A program made the translations under genes and the position numbers. DNA of 64,000 bases from Sulfurospirillaceae bacterium (GTDB lineage: Bacteria; Campylobacterota; Campylobacteria; Campylobacterales; Sulfurospirillaceae): contig JAWVXD010000001.1 of the NCBI GenBank assembly GCA_033723415.1, positions 128,001 to 192,000 on the forward strand, written 5' to 3'. Positions 51,276 through 60,460 of this stretch are shown piece by piece. A model generated the notes under the pieces. It was not told the DNA's origin. It saw only the letters and a program-made list of their open reading frames with translations, and searched no databases. The number at the start of each line of letters is the position of its first letter. Position 1 is the stretch's first letter.

Positions 51276-52430
51276 ATGCCAATCAAATGGTCAGACGCAG
51301 TTAAAATTGCAACAGATTTCAGGCACGAACTTCATGCCGAACCGGAGTTGACATGGCAAGAAGTAGAAACTTCAAAAAAAATCAGAGCAATGCTTGATCA
51401 CTATAATATAAAGTGGAAAAGTTTTGCAAAGACAGGGACCGTAGGATATCTAGGGAAAAATATCAAAGGCAAACACATAGCACTTAGAGCAGATATTGAT
51501 GCCTTAGACGTACAAGAGACTACAGGTCTAAAATATGCTTCCGTGAAAAAAAATCATATGCATGCGTGTGGACATGATGGGCATACCGCCACTCTTATGG
51601 CAGTAGCTATCTTTTTGAGTGAAAATGAAACTAAACTCTCAAATCAAGTATCTTTAGTTTTTCAACCTGCAGAAGAAGGCGGGCATGGTGCAAAAAAGAT
51701 GATTGAAGAGGGATGTTTAGATGGAGTAGACTTTATATATGGCTGGCACAATTGGCCGGCCATTAAATTTGGACAGGCACTTTGTCCAGATGGAGCAGTT
51801 ATGGCAGGCAATGGGACTTTCACCATATCTTTAGAAGGAGAAGGCGGTCATTCCTCCCAACCTGAAATGTGTAAAGATCCTGTTTTGGCAGGTTCAGCCA
51901 TAGTTGTAGCACTACAACAGATTGTAAGTAGGCAAATAGGTCCACAAGATGCTGCAGTGGTTTCAGTTACATCATTTGAAGCCCCGAGTGGACTGACCGC
52001 TATTCCGTCTTTTGCTAAATTAGCCGGAAGTATCAGAGTCACAAGTTCTGAGATGAAAGAAGTTATAGCCGACTCTATTAAGAATATAGCAAAAAATACG
52101 GCAGCAGCATATGGAGTAAATGCAATAGTAGAATTTAAAAATAGATATAACGCTACTATAAACCATAAAGAAGAGGCAGAAAATTACAGAGAGATTTTAA
52201 AAAATAATTTGGGAGAGAATTGGCAAAGTCAGGTCAAGACTCCCATTATGGCATCAGAAGATTTTAGCTACTATTTAGAAAAGATTCCAGGAGCCTTTGC
52301 CCTAATAGGAAGTGATGATGGAGAAGAAAAGCACTGTAAACCTTGCCACAATGCTTCTTACGATTTCAATGATAAACTCATTGATGTTGCAGGGAAAATT
52401 TTAATGGAGTGCGCCGGGTATAGATTTTAA
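51276..52430 (+). CDS. M20 family amidohydrolase, probable N-acetyl-diaminobutyrate deacetylase (DoeB2-type)
   Basis: RHELHAEPEL, LRADIDAL, MHACGHDGH, FQPAEEGG, WHNWP, ASEDF, CHN..YDFND; directly after doeA. Confidence 0.82.
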   Translation: MPIKWSDAVKIATDFRHELHAEPELTWQEVETSKKIRAMLDHYNIKWKSFAKTGTVGYLGKNIKGKHIALRADIDALDVQETTGLKYASVKKNHMHACGHDGHTATLMAVAIFLSENETKLSNQVSLVFQPAEEGGHGAKKMIEEGCLDGVDFIYGWHNWPAIKFGQALCPDGAVMAGNGTFTISLEGEGGHSSQPEMCKDPVLAGSAIVVALQQIVSRQIGPQDAAVVSVTSFEAPSGLTAIPSFAKLAGSIRVTSSEMKEVIADSIKNIAKNTAAAYGVNAIVEFKNRYNATINHKEEAENYREILKNNLGENWQSQVKTPIMASEDFSYYLEKIPGAFALIGSDDGEEKHCKPCHNASYDFNDKLIDVAGKILMECAGYRF

Positions 52431-52433
52431 AAT

Positions 52434-52775
52434 TCAAATAAAAACTTCTATATATTGGTTTTCGTCAAATCCGACTATTATTTGATCTTTGTATTCTATA
52501 ACCGGTCTTTTGATTAGCATATTTTCTTTAGCTAGCCATTTTATTTTATCTTCATCACCTAAACTAAGTTCTTTAAGCCCCAATTTCCTATAGGTTGTCC
52601 CTTTTTTATTAAAGAGTTTATCTACTGTAGTCTTTTTTAACCAAGACTGTATTTTATCTATGTCTACAGACTCTTTCTTGAAATCTACAAATTCATAATC
52701 TATGTTGTGTTCTTTAAAAAAGTTTAGGGCTTTTTTTACGCTTCCGCAAGTTTTTATTCCATATACTATATTCAT
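52434..52775 (-). CDS. ArsC/Spx/YffB family protein
   Basis: YGIKTCGSVKKA, LFNKKGTTYRKL, LIKRPVI, VGFDE. Confidence 0.9.
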   Translation of the reverse strand: MNIVYGIKTCGSVKKALNFFKEHNIDYEFVDFKKESVDIDKIQSWLKKTTVDKLFNKKGTTYRKLGLKELSLGDEDKIKWLAKENMLIKRPVIEYKDQIIVGFDENQYIEVFI

Positions 52776-52842
52776 TAGTTAATCCTGTTTTAAATTTCAA
52801 TAGAGTATAGTATAATAAATTTTTATTTAAAAAGGAGTTATT

Positions 52843-53124
52843 GTGCAAGTAAATGTAAGCTCTATGAATGCATATAACGACTGGCTTTCAAATAATTCTA
52901 ATAATATTGCAAATGTAAATACTCAAGATTATAAAGCAACTAACACAAATATAACAAATATAAAGGGAGATGTTAATGCAGTCTCAACAAAGAGTTCTAG
53001 TGGAACTGATTTAACAAAAGAATTAACAGATCAGATATCTATAACAACAGGCTTTAAAGCTGATCTAAAAGCAGTTAAGACTCAAGATCAAATGTTGGGC
53101 TCTATTTTAAATCTTTTAGCTTAA
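52843..53124 (+). CDS. Small protein made of flagellar rod N- and C-terminal motifs only
   Basis: SNNIANVNT.DYKA N-motif; DLTKELTDQI...KAVKTQDQMLGSILNL C-motif; AAGGAG SD, TATAAT at 52811. Confidence 0.8.
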   Translation: MQVNVSSMNAYNDWLSNNSNNIANVNTQDYKATNTNITNIKGDVNAVSTKSSSGTDLTKELTDQISITTGFKADLKAVKTQDQMLGSILNLLA

Positions 53125-53130
53125 ATCTCA

Positions 53131-54153
53131 TCAAATAATCAACATAGCATCACCATAAGAAAAAAATCTATATTTTTCTTTAATAGCTTCATGATATAGT
53201 TCTAAAGTTTTTTCTATTCCGACAAATGAAGCTACAAGCATTATAAGTGTAGATTTCGGCAGATGAAAATTTGTCAAAAGATGGTTTACTCGTATAGGCT
53301 TGTTGTTCGGATGCAAAAAAAGATCACAATATCCACTTTTTTCTCTACTTCTTGCATAGTATTCAACTGTTCTTGTCACCGTAGTTCCAACGGCAAGTAT
53401 AGGTTTGTTGGAATCAAATAACTCACAAGTCTCTTGAGAGATATTAAAGTATTCTTCATGCATCTTATGTTCATTGATGTTGTCACTGCTTACCGGTTTA
53501 AATGTTCCGGCACCGACATGAAGTGTAAGTATTTTAGTATCAAATCTTTTCTTTAATTCTTCAAATTTTGCATCATCAAAATGCAGAGATGCCGTAGGAG
53601 CTGCCACTGCGCCTCTATTATGGGCAAAGACACTTTGATAATTGGTTACATCATCTTTATTATCTTCTCTTTTTATATATGGAGGGAGAGGTACATGACC
53701 TATATCTTCTAAAATGTCAAATAATTTAAACGTATCAATTTTTTCTTTGCCAACAAAAAATTCTACTACTCTAAGTCCGTCGTCATGTAATTCGACAACT
53801 ATGGCTTCTAAGTTCTTGTCAAAATTTATTATGCTGTTCTTTTTGACTCTTCCTTTAATATAGACTGAAAAAAGATTTTCCTGAAGCGGAGAATTTAATA
53901 ATAGCTCAACCTTTCCGCCTGTTGATTTCTCTCCAAAGATCCTTGCTTTGACAACTTTTGTATCATTAATGACGACAGAAGTGTCTGATGGAAAAAAATC
54001 AAGGATATCACCAAATTTCGAGTGAATAATTTTGTCTTTTTTTCTATCATATACTAAAACTTTTGCACTGTTCTTGTCCTTTAACGGACTTGATGCTATA
54101 AGTTCATTCGGCAAATAATAATCATATGTACTAAGCGAAAAGGGATCAATCAA
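53131..54153 (-). CDS. queA: S-adenosylmethionine:tRNA ribosyltransferase-isomerase
   Basis: INDTKVVKAR, PLPPYIKR, AVAAPTASLHF, TLHVGAGTF, TNFHLPKSTL, YRFFSYGDAM. Confidence 0.97.
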   Translation of the reverse strand: MIDPFSLSTYDYYLPNELIASSPLKDKNSAKVLVYDRKKDKIIHSKFGDILDFFPSDTSVVINDTKVVKARIFGEKSTGGKVELLLNSPLQENLFSVYIKGRVKKNSIINFDKNLEAIVVELHDDGLRVVEFFVGKEKIDTFKLFDILEDIGHVPLPPYIKREDNKDDVTNYQSVFAHNRGAVAAPTASLHFDDAKFEELKKRFDTKILTLHVGAGTFKPVSSDNINEHKMHEEYFNISQETCELFDSNKPILAVGTTVTRTVEYYARSREKSGYCDLFLHPNNKPIRVNHLLTNFHLPKSTLIMLVASFVGIEKTLELYHEAIKEKYRFFSYGDAMLII

Positions 54154-54157
54154 CTTG

Positions 54158-54946
54158 TTATATCTTCTTTTCTATAGCGTCTTGATTTTCTTCTGTCTCT
54201 TCATCATCCTCATCTGACTCTTCATCATCTTTATTTTTTGCAGCAGGATTAACTATTCTAGCAACAATGATGGATAAGCCGTATAAAACCACTAATGGAC
54301 CAGCCATTAAAAATTGTGTTAAAACATCAGGAGGAGTTAAAACAGCAGCAACTGCAAATATTATAATTATTGCATATCTGAAAAAATGAATTAATGCAGC
54401 GTCATCTACAAGTCCAAGTTTTGCAAAGAAAAATGTAATTACAGGCAATTCAAAAGCTATGCCGAATCCTACTAACAGTTTTGTAAAAAATCCTACATAT
54501 TCACCAATACTAGGAAGTGCAGTGAATAGTTGTGAGCCAAAATTTATAAGAAAATTAAAGCCAATAGGTACAACCATATAATAGCAAAACATAGAGCCTG
54601 CTACAAACATTAGTGTTGCAGATAATACAAATGGAAGCACAAGTTTTTTTTCATCTTCATAAAGTCCAGGTGCTACAAAGAGCCAGAATTGCCAAAAAAG
54701 TACAGGTAATGAGATTATAATACCGGCAAAAAACGAGACTTTTATGGCAGTAAAAAATGGTTCTTGTACCTTTGTAAATATAACGTGAGAGTTAGGAGGA
54801 AGAACACCGTTTAAAGGTGCGATCATCCAAGCTAAAATTGGTTCCCAAAAGGAAAAACATGCAAAAAACATAATAAACACAACAGCTAAAGAAATAAAAA
54901 GTCTTTTTCTAAGCTCAACTAAATGAGGTCTTAATTCATCAAACAT
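54158..54946 (-). CDS. tatC: Twin-arginine translocase subunit TatC
   Basis: HLVELRKRL, WLFVAPGLY..E, GIAFELP, LTPPD. Confidence 0.96.
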   Translation of the reverse strand: MFDELRPHLVELRKRLFISLAVVFIMFFACFSFWEPILAWMIAPLNGVLPPNSHVIFTKVQEPFFTAIKVSFFAGIIISLPVLFWQFWLFVAPGLYEDEKKLVLPFVLSATLMFVAGSMFCYYMVVPIGFNFLINFGSQLFTALPSIGEYVGFFTKLLVGFGIAFELPVITFFFAKLGLVDDAALIHFFRYAIIIIFAVAAVLTPPDVLTQFLMAGPLVVLYGLSIIVARIVNPAAKNKDDEESDEDDEETEENQDAIEKKI

Positions 54947-54948
54947 TT

Positions 54949-55350
54949 TTAAACATCCTCTTTTGTGTCATTATTTTCTATCTTTTTTTCTGTGTTTATT
55001 TGCTCTTTTGCCAATTTTTTTGACTTTACCGCATCTTCTTTCATCTCTTTTAGTGAATCGCTTAGCCCTTTAGTACTGTTTTTTATATCTTCTAACTCAT
55101 CAAAAGAGAGTTGTTTTTTTGTACTTGTTGCAGCTGCTTCTAGTTTTTTCTTATATTCTAATGCTTCTTCTTTTAACTCTTGTATATGCATCTCTTGTTC
55201 TATAGAAGATTTTGCTTCATTTATACTTTTTTTGAATGTTTTAAAGAATTTTGCAACTTGAACCATAGCATCTGGAAGTTTGTCTGGTCCTAAAAACAAT
55301 ACGGCTACGATGGCTATCATGAGTAATTCGCTAAACCCCATTCCAAACAT
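54949..55350 (-). CDS. tatB: Twin-arginine translocase subunit TatB
   Basis: MFGMGFSELLMIAIVAVLFLGPDKLP; upstream of tatC. Confidence 0.93.
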   Translation of the reverse strand: MFGMGFSELLMIAIVAVLFLGPDKLPDAMVQVAKFFKTFKKSINEAKSSIEQEMHIQELKEEALEYKKKLEAAATSTKKQLSFDELEDIKNSTKGLSDSLKEMKEDAVKSKKLAKEQINTEKKIENNDTKEDV

Positions 55351-55428
55351 AATTATTTCCGCCTTTGTGGTTTTATTTAAGAGAGAAATTATATCTTATG
55401 TTTACTCAAAAATAAATAAACTTTCTAA

Positions 55429-57726
55429 CTATTTTTGAGAAACTAATTTAGTACAAATACCTTTGTTTTTTTGCAGCATATCTTCAAAAGAATTTTTATC
55501 AAGCGGTTTGGAGCAATAGAACCCTTGTATGTATGTCGCATTTTTCTCATTTACGAACTTATATTGTTCATAAGTTTCAACACCTTCTACGATAACTTCC
55601 AGATTAAAATTCTTGGCAATTGCTAAAATTGTGTTTATTAGATCTTTGTCGTCTGCATCATATTGGATGTCTTGAGTAAAGGATTTATCGATTTTTAAAG
55701 TTGTAAACGGAAGTTTTTTTAGATAAGAGAGGGATGAGTATCCTGTACCAAAATCATCAATGGATAGATTTATACCAAATTCTCTAAGTTTTTTCATTTT
55801 CTTTTTTACTTCTTTTGCATTTTTAACAATTATTGATTCTGTCAATTCAAATTCTAAGTTATGTGGCTCAATTTCGGTTTGTTTGATTATTTGTTCTATT
55901 TGCCCTAAAAACTCAGGGTTATTAAATTGTTTTACACTTACATTTACTGCAATTTTATTAAGCATCGTAATTTTGTTAAATTTTCTTTGCCATTGCATAA
56001 ACTGTTGAATTGCATTTATAAGTACCCATCTACCTATATTGAAGATTAGCCCGCTTTCTTCAGCAATTGGTATGAATTCATCAGGTGATATTTGACCTAA
56101 TTTTTTATTTTTCCATCGCAAGAGCGCTTCTGCGCCGATTATCCTTGAAGTGGCGATTTCTATAATAGGTTGATAATATATCTCCATTTCATTTTTTGCT
56201 ATAGCATTTCGTAGTTCATTCTCAATTTCAAGATATCGTTTAGCCCTAAGTTCCATATATTTTTGATAGAATCTAGTTGTATTTCTGCCATCTTTTTTTG
56301 ATTGATACATGGCTATATCGGCATGTTTTAATACGTCTTCTGCAAGCTGCTCATTTTTACTTATCAAAGCTATACCTATACTTAGTGATATATTTAATCT
56401 ATGTCCGTCGATCTTAAATGGATTTTCAAATATTTTATGAATTTTTTCTGCTACAATCTCTGCTTTGAGCATTGCTTCTTTTTCATCTTTGGATAAATCA
56501 GGTAAAATGACAACAAACTCATCACCGCCTATTCTTCCGATAATATCTTCTTCTCTAGTACTATCTTTAAATCTGGCAGTAGCTTCTATCAAAAGTTTAT
56601 CTCCTACACTGTGGCCTAGAGAATCATTTATATTTTTAAAATGATCTAAATCTAAAAATATAATTCCGAAGATTATTTCATGTCTTTTGAATCTTGTTAT
56701 TTCTCTATTGATGTCATTTAGTATATTGGTTCTATTTGGTAAGTCTGTCAAAGAATCATAATTTGCTTTATGTTCAATATCTTTTTGTTGATTGATTCTT
56801 TGAGTGATATCACTTACGATTCCTACTCCGCCTATAACTTCCTCATTAGATGCTTTTAATGGATTTGTATTCATACTTATCCAAATACTTTTTCCTGTGT
56901 AATTTGTTGTGTACTCTCCCTCATAAAATCCTGAAAGACCTTCTATAGATGCCCTTAAAGTAGGCAATATAACTTTATCTTTCAGCGTATTCATATCTAG
57001 ACCTATGATATAGTCTCTTGGTGCTTCAATAAAATCTAAAAATTCTTGGTTGGCTTCTTGTATTATTAGATCAGTATTATAGAAAAAAACACCTATAGGG
57101 ACATATCTGAAGATTGTTTCAAATTTTTGTTCTGATTGCATAAGCTCAAATTTTTTGATTTTATATTGGGCAAGAGAGTCAGCTGCATCTGTGTAGTTTC
57201 TATTGAATTTTTTTGCTATATATAATAGTAAGATTAAAAACAATATTGCAAGTATCGCAATATTGTTATAAAAGCTGGTTTCTTGTATCAAAAGTTCCAA
57301 TATAAGAGGAATCAAGCTGATAAGTAAAAAAAGTTGAATGTTTTTGTAAAGATGAGAAAGACTACTTAATGCTCCTGCACTTATTCCTGTCATGATGATT
57401 ATGATGATCATTTGATATAAGTAATTTGACTCCGCAAAAAATAAAATAGGTACAAAACCCCAAGAGACAGCGGATAATACAACACCTAATGAAAAAATTT
57501 GATGCCATTTTTCTGTAGTAAACAAACTCCTGTCTTTATGGAATTTTACCATTGTTGTATAGCGAAACAGAGTAATCGTTAAAACTGAGAGAAACCAAAT
57601 TGTAAGTGCTGCATTGTTGACATGATCATAAAAGAGGGAAAAAAAGGCAATTGACGCTGTAATTACTCCTATTAGTGGTAGTTTAAGGCTTTGATATATG
57701 TCACTAATTAATTTTTCAGCAATCAA
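55429..57726 (-). CDS. Membrane-bound PAS-GGDEF-EAL c-di-GMP enzyme
   Basis: 5-6 TM; PAS; DLDHFKNIND, RIGGDEF; YQPI..GAEALLRW, DDFGTGYSS, LKIDKSF, EGVET, QGF. Confidence 0.93.
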   Translation of the reverse strand: MIAEKLISDIYQSLKLPLIGVITASIAFFSLFYDHVNNAALTIWFLSVLTITLFRYTTMVKFHKDRSLFTTEKWHQIFSLGVVLSAVSWGFVPILFFAESNYLYQMIIIIIMTGISAGALSSLSHLYKNIQLFLLISLIPLILELLIQETSFYNNIAILAILFLILLLYIAKKFNRNYTDAADSLAQYKIKKFELMQSEQKFETIFRYVPIGVFFYNTDLIIQEANQEFLDFIEAPRDYIIGLDMNTLKDKVILPTLRASIEGLSGFYEGEYTTNYTGKSIWISMNTNPLKASNEEVIGGVGIVSDITQRINQQKDIEHKANYDSLTDLPNRTNILNDINREITRFKRHEIIFGIIFLDLDHFKNINDSLGHSVGDKLLIEATARFKDSTREEDIIGRIGGDEFVVILPDLSKDEKEAMLKAEIVAEKIHKIFENPFKIDGHRLNISLSIGIALISKNEQLAEDVLKHADIAMYQSKKDGRNTTRFYQKYMELRAKRYLEIENELRNAIAKNEMEIYYQPIIEIATSRIIGAEALLRWKNKKLGQISPDEFIPIAEESGLIFNIGRWVLINAIQQFMQWQRKFNKITMLNKIAVNVSVKQFNNPEFLGQIEQIIKQTEIEPHNLEFELTESIIVKNAKEVKKKMKKLREFGINLSIDDFGTGYSSLSYLKKLPFTTLKIDKSFTQDIQYDADDKDLINTILAIAKNFNLEVIVEGVETYEQYKFVNEKNATYIQGFYCSKPLDKNSFEDMLQKNKGICTKLVSQK

Positions 57727-57907
57727 ATTTTTTCCTTCTTGTGTATTTGTAATGATTGATTTTCACAAATTATGTATAAGAACAACATTATTATAGCAAA
57801 AGATTGAAACAAGGTTCATAGTTTTATTGATAAAAAAGGTGTAAAAAGGTATTGTTACTTATAAATATATTAAATAAATATATTGACTTTATAACTTAAG
57901 GTAAAAA

Positions 57908-59476
57908 ATGAAATATGATGTTGTTGTTGTAGGGAGCGGGATTTCTGGTATGAGGGCAGCTATAGAAGCAAAAGAGCTTGGGGCAAATGTTGTATTGGTT
58001 ACAAAGTCTTCGTTATCTGCTAATAACTCTTTCATGGCAAAAGGCGGTATCAATGCCGCATTCGGCAATATGGGAGATAAAGATAATATTTTTCAACATA
58101 GCAGTGAGACGCTAAAGAGTTCAGTCGGCATAGGGAATGAAGAAGCAATAAGAATATTTTGTGAGCAAGCTCCGGCAGCTGTTAGAGATTTGATAACTTA
58201 TGGCGTTGAGTTTAGTAAATTAAAAAACGGTAAACTTGCACAGAGACCGTTTGGAGGATCGAAATTTAAGAGAACTATCTATGCAGCTGATGAAACTGGT
58301 CCTGCTATTATGAAAGCCCTTCATAATATTGTTAAAAAATATGAGATAGATGTAGTAAAAAATCATATGGTTATAAACTTGATAGTTAAAAACAATATAA
58401 TCTCAGGCGTTACACTTTTTGATGAAGAGACTCAAAAGGTGGTCGTTTGTGAGGGGAAAAGTGTAATCTTAGCCAGCGGCGGATTTGCTTCTTTATACAA
58501 AAATTACACTTCAAATGTTAGAGATGCAACAGGTGATGCGATTGCTATGGGATTAAGGGCGGGATTGAAGGCTATGAACCTTGAGTTTGTTCAGTTTCAT
58601 CCTACCGGTTTAGAAGGTACCAATTTTTTATTAAGTGAGGCAGCAAGAGCAGAAGGAGGTAAATTAGTCGATGAAAACGGTGAGTCGTTTGTGGATGAAT
58701 TAAATACCAGAGATTTTGTCACAAGAGCAATCTTCAAAGAGATGCAAAAGGGTAATAAAGTATTTTTGGATCTCAGAGCAGTTCCTGAAGACGTTATAAA
58801 CACTAAGCTTATAGGTATTAAAAAAAGAGTACATGCTCTTAAAAAACTAGATGCAAGCAAGGATTTGATTCCTGTTAGCCCTGTTGCTCACTACACAATG
58901 GGCGGTATAGAAACAGATACTATAGGACGAACTAGCATAGAAGGACTTTTTGTCATAGGAGAAGCCGGTGATAATGGAGTGAATGGAGCAAATAGACTTG
59001 GAGGAAATTCTTTGAGTCAAGGAGCAGTTTTTGGAAAAATATCTGCATATGAAGCGATGAAATTTGCAAATAAAATAAAAAAATTTAATGGTGTCGATTA
59101 CTATGATATTATGAAAGATATACAATTTGTTGAAAATCTGAAAGAGTTGGCAAAGCATACTGATGCAAATGAATTGAGAAATGAGATAGGACATGTTTTA
59201 TTTAAAAAAGTAGGTATTATAAGAACAGGTGTCGGTCTAAAAAAAGCATTGGAACGAATTACAGAGATAGAAGAACAAATCAAAGAACCATCAAGTGAAA
59301 AATCAACAAATGTCAAAAATATGCTTGAATTGGTAAATGCTATATTGGTTTCAAAAGCAGTTATTAAATCTGCTCTTGCAAGAGAAGAGAGTAGAGGATC
59401 TCATTTTAGGATAGATTTTCCTGAAACAGATAGAAAATTTAAGAAAAATACTCTTATAGGTATAGAAGACTTATAG
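57908..59476 (+). CDS. Stand-alone SdhA/FrdA/NadB-family flavoprotein
   Basis: GSGISG, AKGGINAA, EFVQFHPT, SEAARAEG, TRD, AHYTMGG, GANRLGGNSL, REESRGSHFR.DFP; no Fe-S or anchor gene adjacent. Confidence 0.85.
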   Translation: MKYDVVVVGSGISGMRAAIEAKELGANVVLVTKSSLSANNSFMAKGGINAAFGNMGDKDNIFQHSSETLKSSVGIGNEEAIRIFCEQAPAAVRDLITYGVEFSKLKNGKLAQRPFGGSKFKRTIYAADETGPAIMKALHNIVKKYEIDVVKNHMVINLIVKNNIISGVTLFDEETQKVVVCEGKSVILASGGFASLYKNYTSNVRDATGDAIAMGLRAGLKAMNLEFVQFHPTGLEGTNFLLSEAARAEGGKLVDENGESFVDELNTRDFVTRAIFKEMQKGNKVFLDLRAVPEDVINTKLIGIKKRVHALKKLDASKDLIPVSPVAHYTMGGIETDTIGRTSIEGLFVIGEAGDNGVNGANRLGGNSLSQGAVFGKISAYEAMKFANKIKKFNGVDYYDIMKDIQFVENLKELAKHTDANELRNEIGHVLFKKVGIIRTGVGLKKALERITEIEEQIKEPSSEKSTNVKNMLELVNAILVSKAVIKSALAREESRGSHFRIDFPETDRKFKKNTLIGIEDL

Positions 59477-59526
59477 TATAATATTTATCTAGTTTTTCTA
59501 GAATGATTAAACTTTAAGGAAAATAA

Positions 59527-60456
59527 TTGAAAAAAGCTATGCTCCTACTTAATATGGGGGGACCAAACAACCTATCAGAAGTAAAGACGTTCTTGAATAA
59601 TATGTTTAATGATAAAGCAATAATCGGCGCACCGTCGATCATAAGAAAAATGATAGCTTACTTTATAGTGAAAAGCAGATTAAAAGAGGCAACTAGTAAC
59701 TATGAAAAATTAGGTGGTATATCGCCTATAGTTGAAAATACGAAAAATCTTGTTCAGGAAGTACAAAAGGATCTGGATATAGATGTATTTTATATTATGA
59801 GATATACGCCTCCATTCGCTTATGATGTTTTGTCCCAAATACAAGATTATGATAAATTTTATGTGATTCCTCTTTATCCTCATTTTTCATCCACTACAAC
59901 AGTTTCTTCAATCGAACATCTATATGAAGCGGCGGATGCATTAGGTATAGATGATGAAAAATTTGAGATTATTGATAAATATTATGACAATGAAGTATAT
60001 AACCAAACTATAGTCGAGAGAATTAAAGAAGCTCTGGGAGATGATAATCCGGAAGATTTTGAATTGATATTTTCAGCACATGGTCTGCCTCAGAGAGTTA
60101 TAGACAAAGGTGATCCCTACATGACTCAAATAAAACAAAATGTCTATAGAGCAAGAAAAGAGCTTGTTAAAAACAATATCAAATTTTATAAAACACATTT
60201 AGCTTATCAATCTAGGCTTGGACCGGTAGAGTGGATAAAACCATATCTAGATGAAAAATTAAAAGCACTTAGCAAGAAAAAAGTTATTATATATCCGATA
60301 GCATTTTTAATTGACAATTCAGAAACAAAATATGAACTTGATATTGAATATAAAGAAATCGCCGATAATCTTGGTTTTATAGATTATAGGGTTGCCAGTG
60401 CTCCAAACAGTATGATAAAAAATACGATAAAAGATTTGTATAAACGTATGAGTTAG
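59527..60456 (+). CDS. hemH: Ferrochelatase
   Basis: LLNMGGP, MRYTPPF, PLYPHFS.TT, FSAHGLP, GDPY, YQSRLGP..W..P, DNSET. Confidence 0.96.
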   Translation: MKKAMLLLNMGGPNNLSEVKTFLNNMFNDKAIIGAPSIIRKMIAYFIVKSRLKEATSNYEKLGGISPIVENTKNLVQEVQKDLDIDVFYIMRYTPPFAYDVLSQIQDYDKFYVIPLYPHFSSTTTVSSIEHLYEAADALGIDDEKFEIIDKYYDNEVYNQTIVERIKEALGDDNPEDFELIFSAHGLPQRVIDKGDPYMTQIKQNVYRARKELVKNNIKFYKTHLAYQSRLGPVEWIKPYLDEKLKALSKKKVIIYPIAFLIDNSETKYELDIEYKEIADNLGFIDYRVASAPNSMIKNTIKDLYKRMS

Positions 60457-60460
60457 TGCA

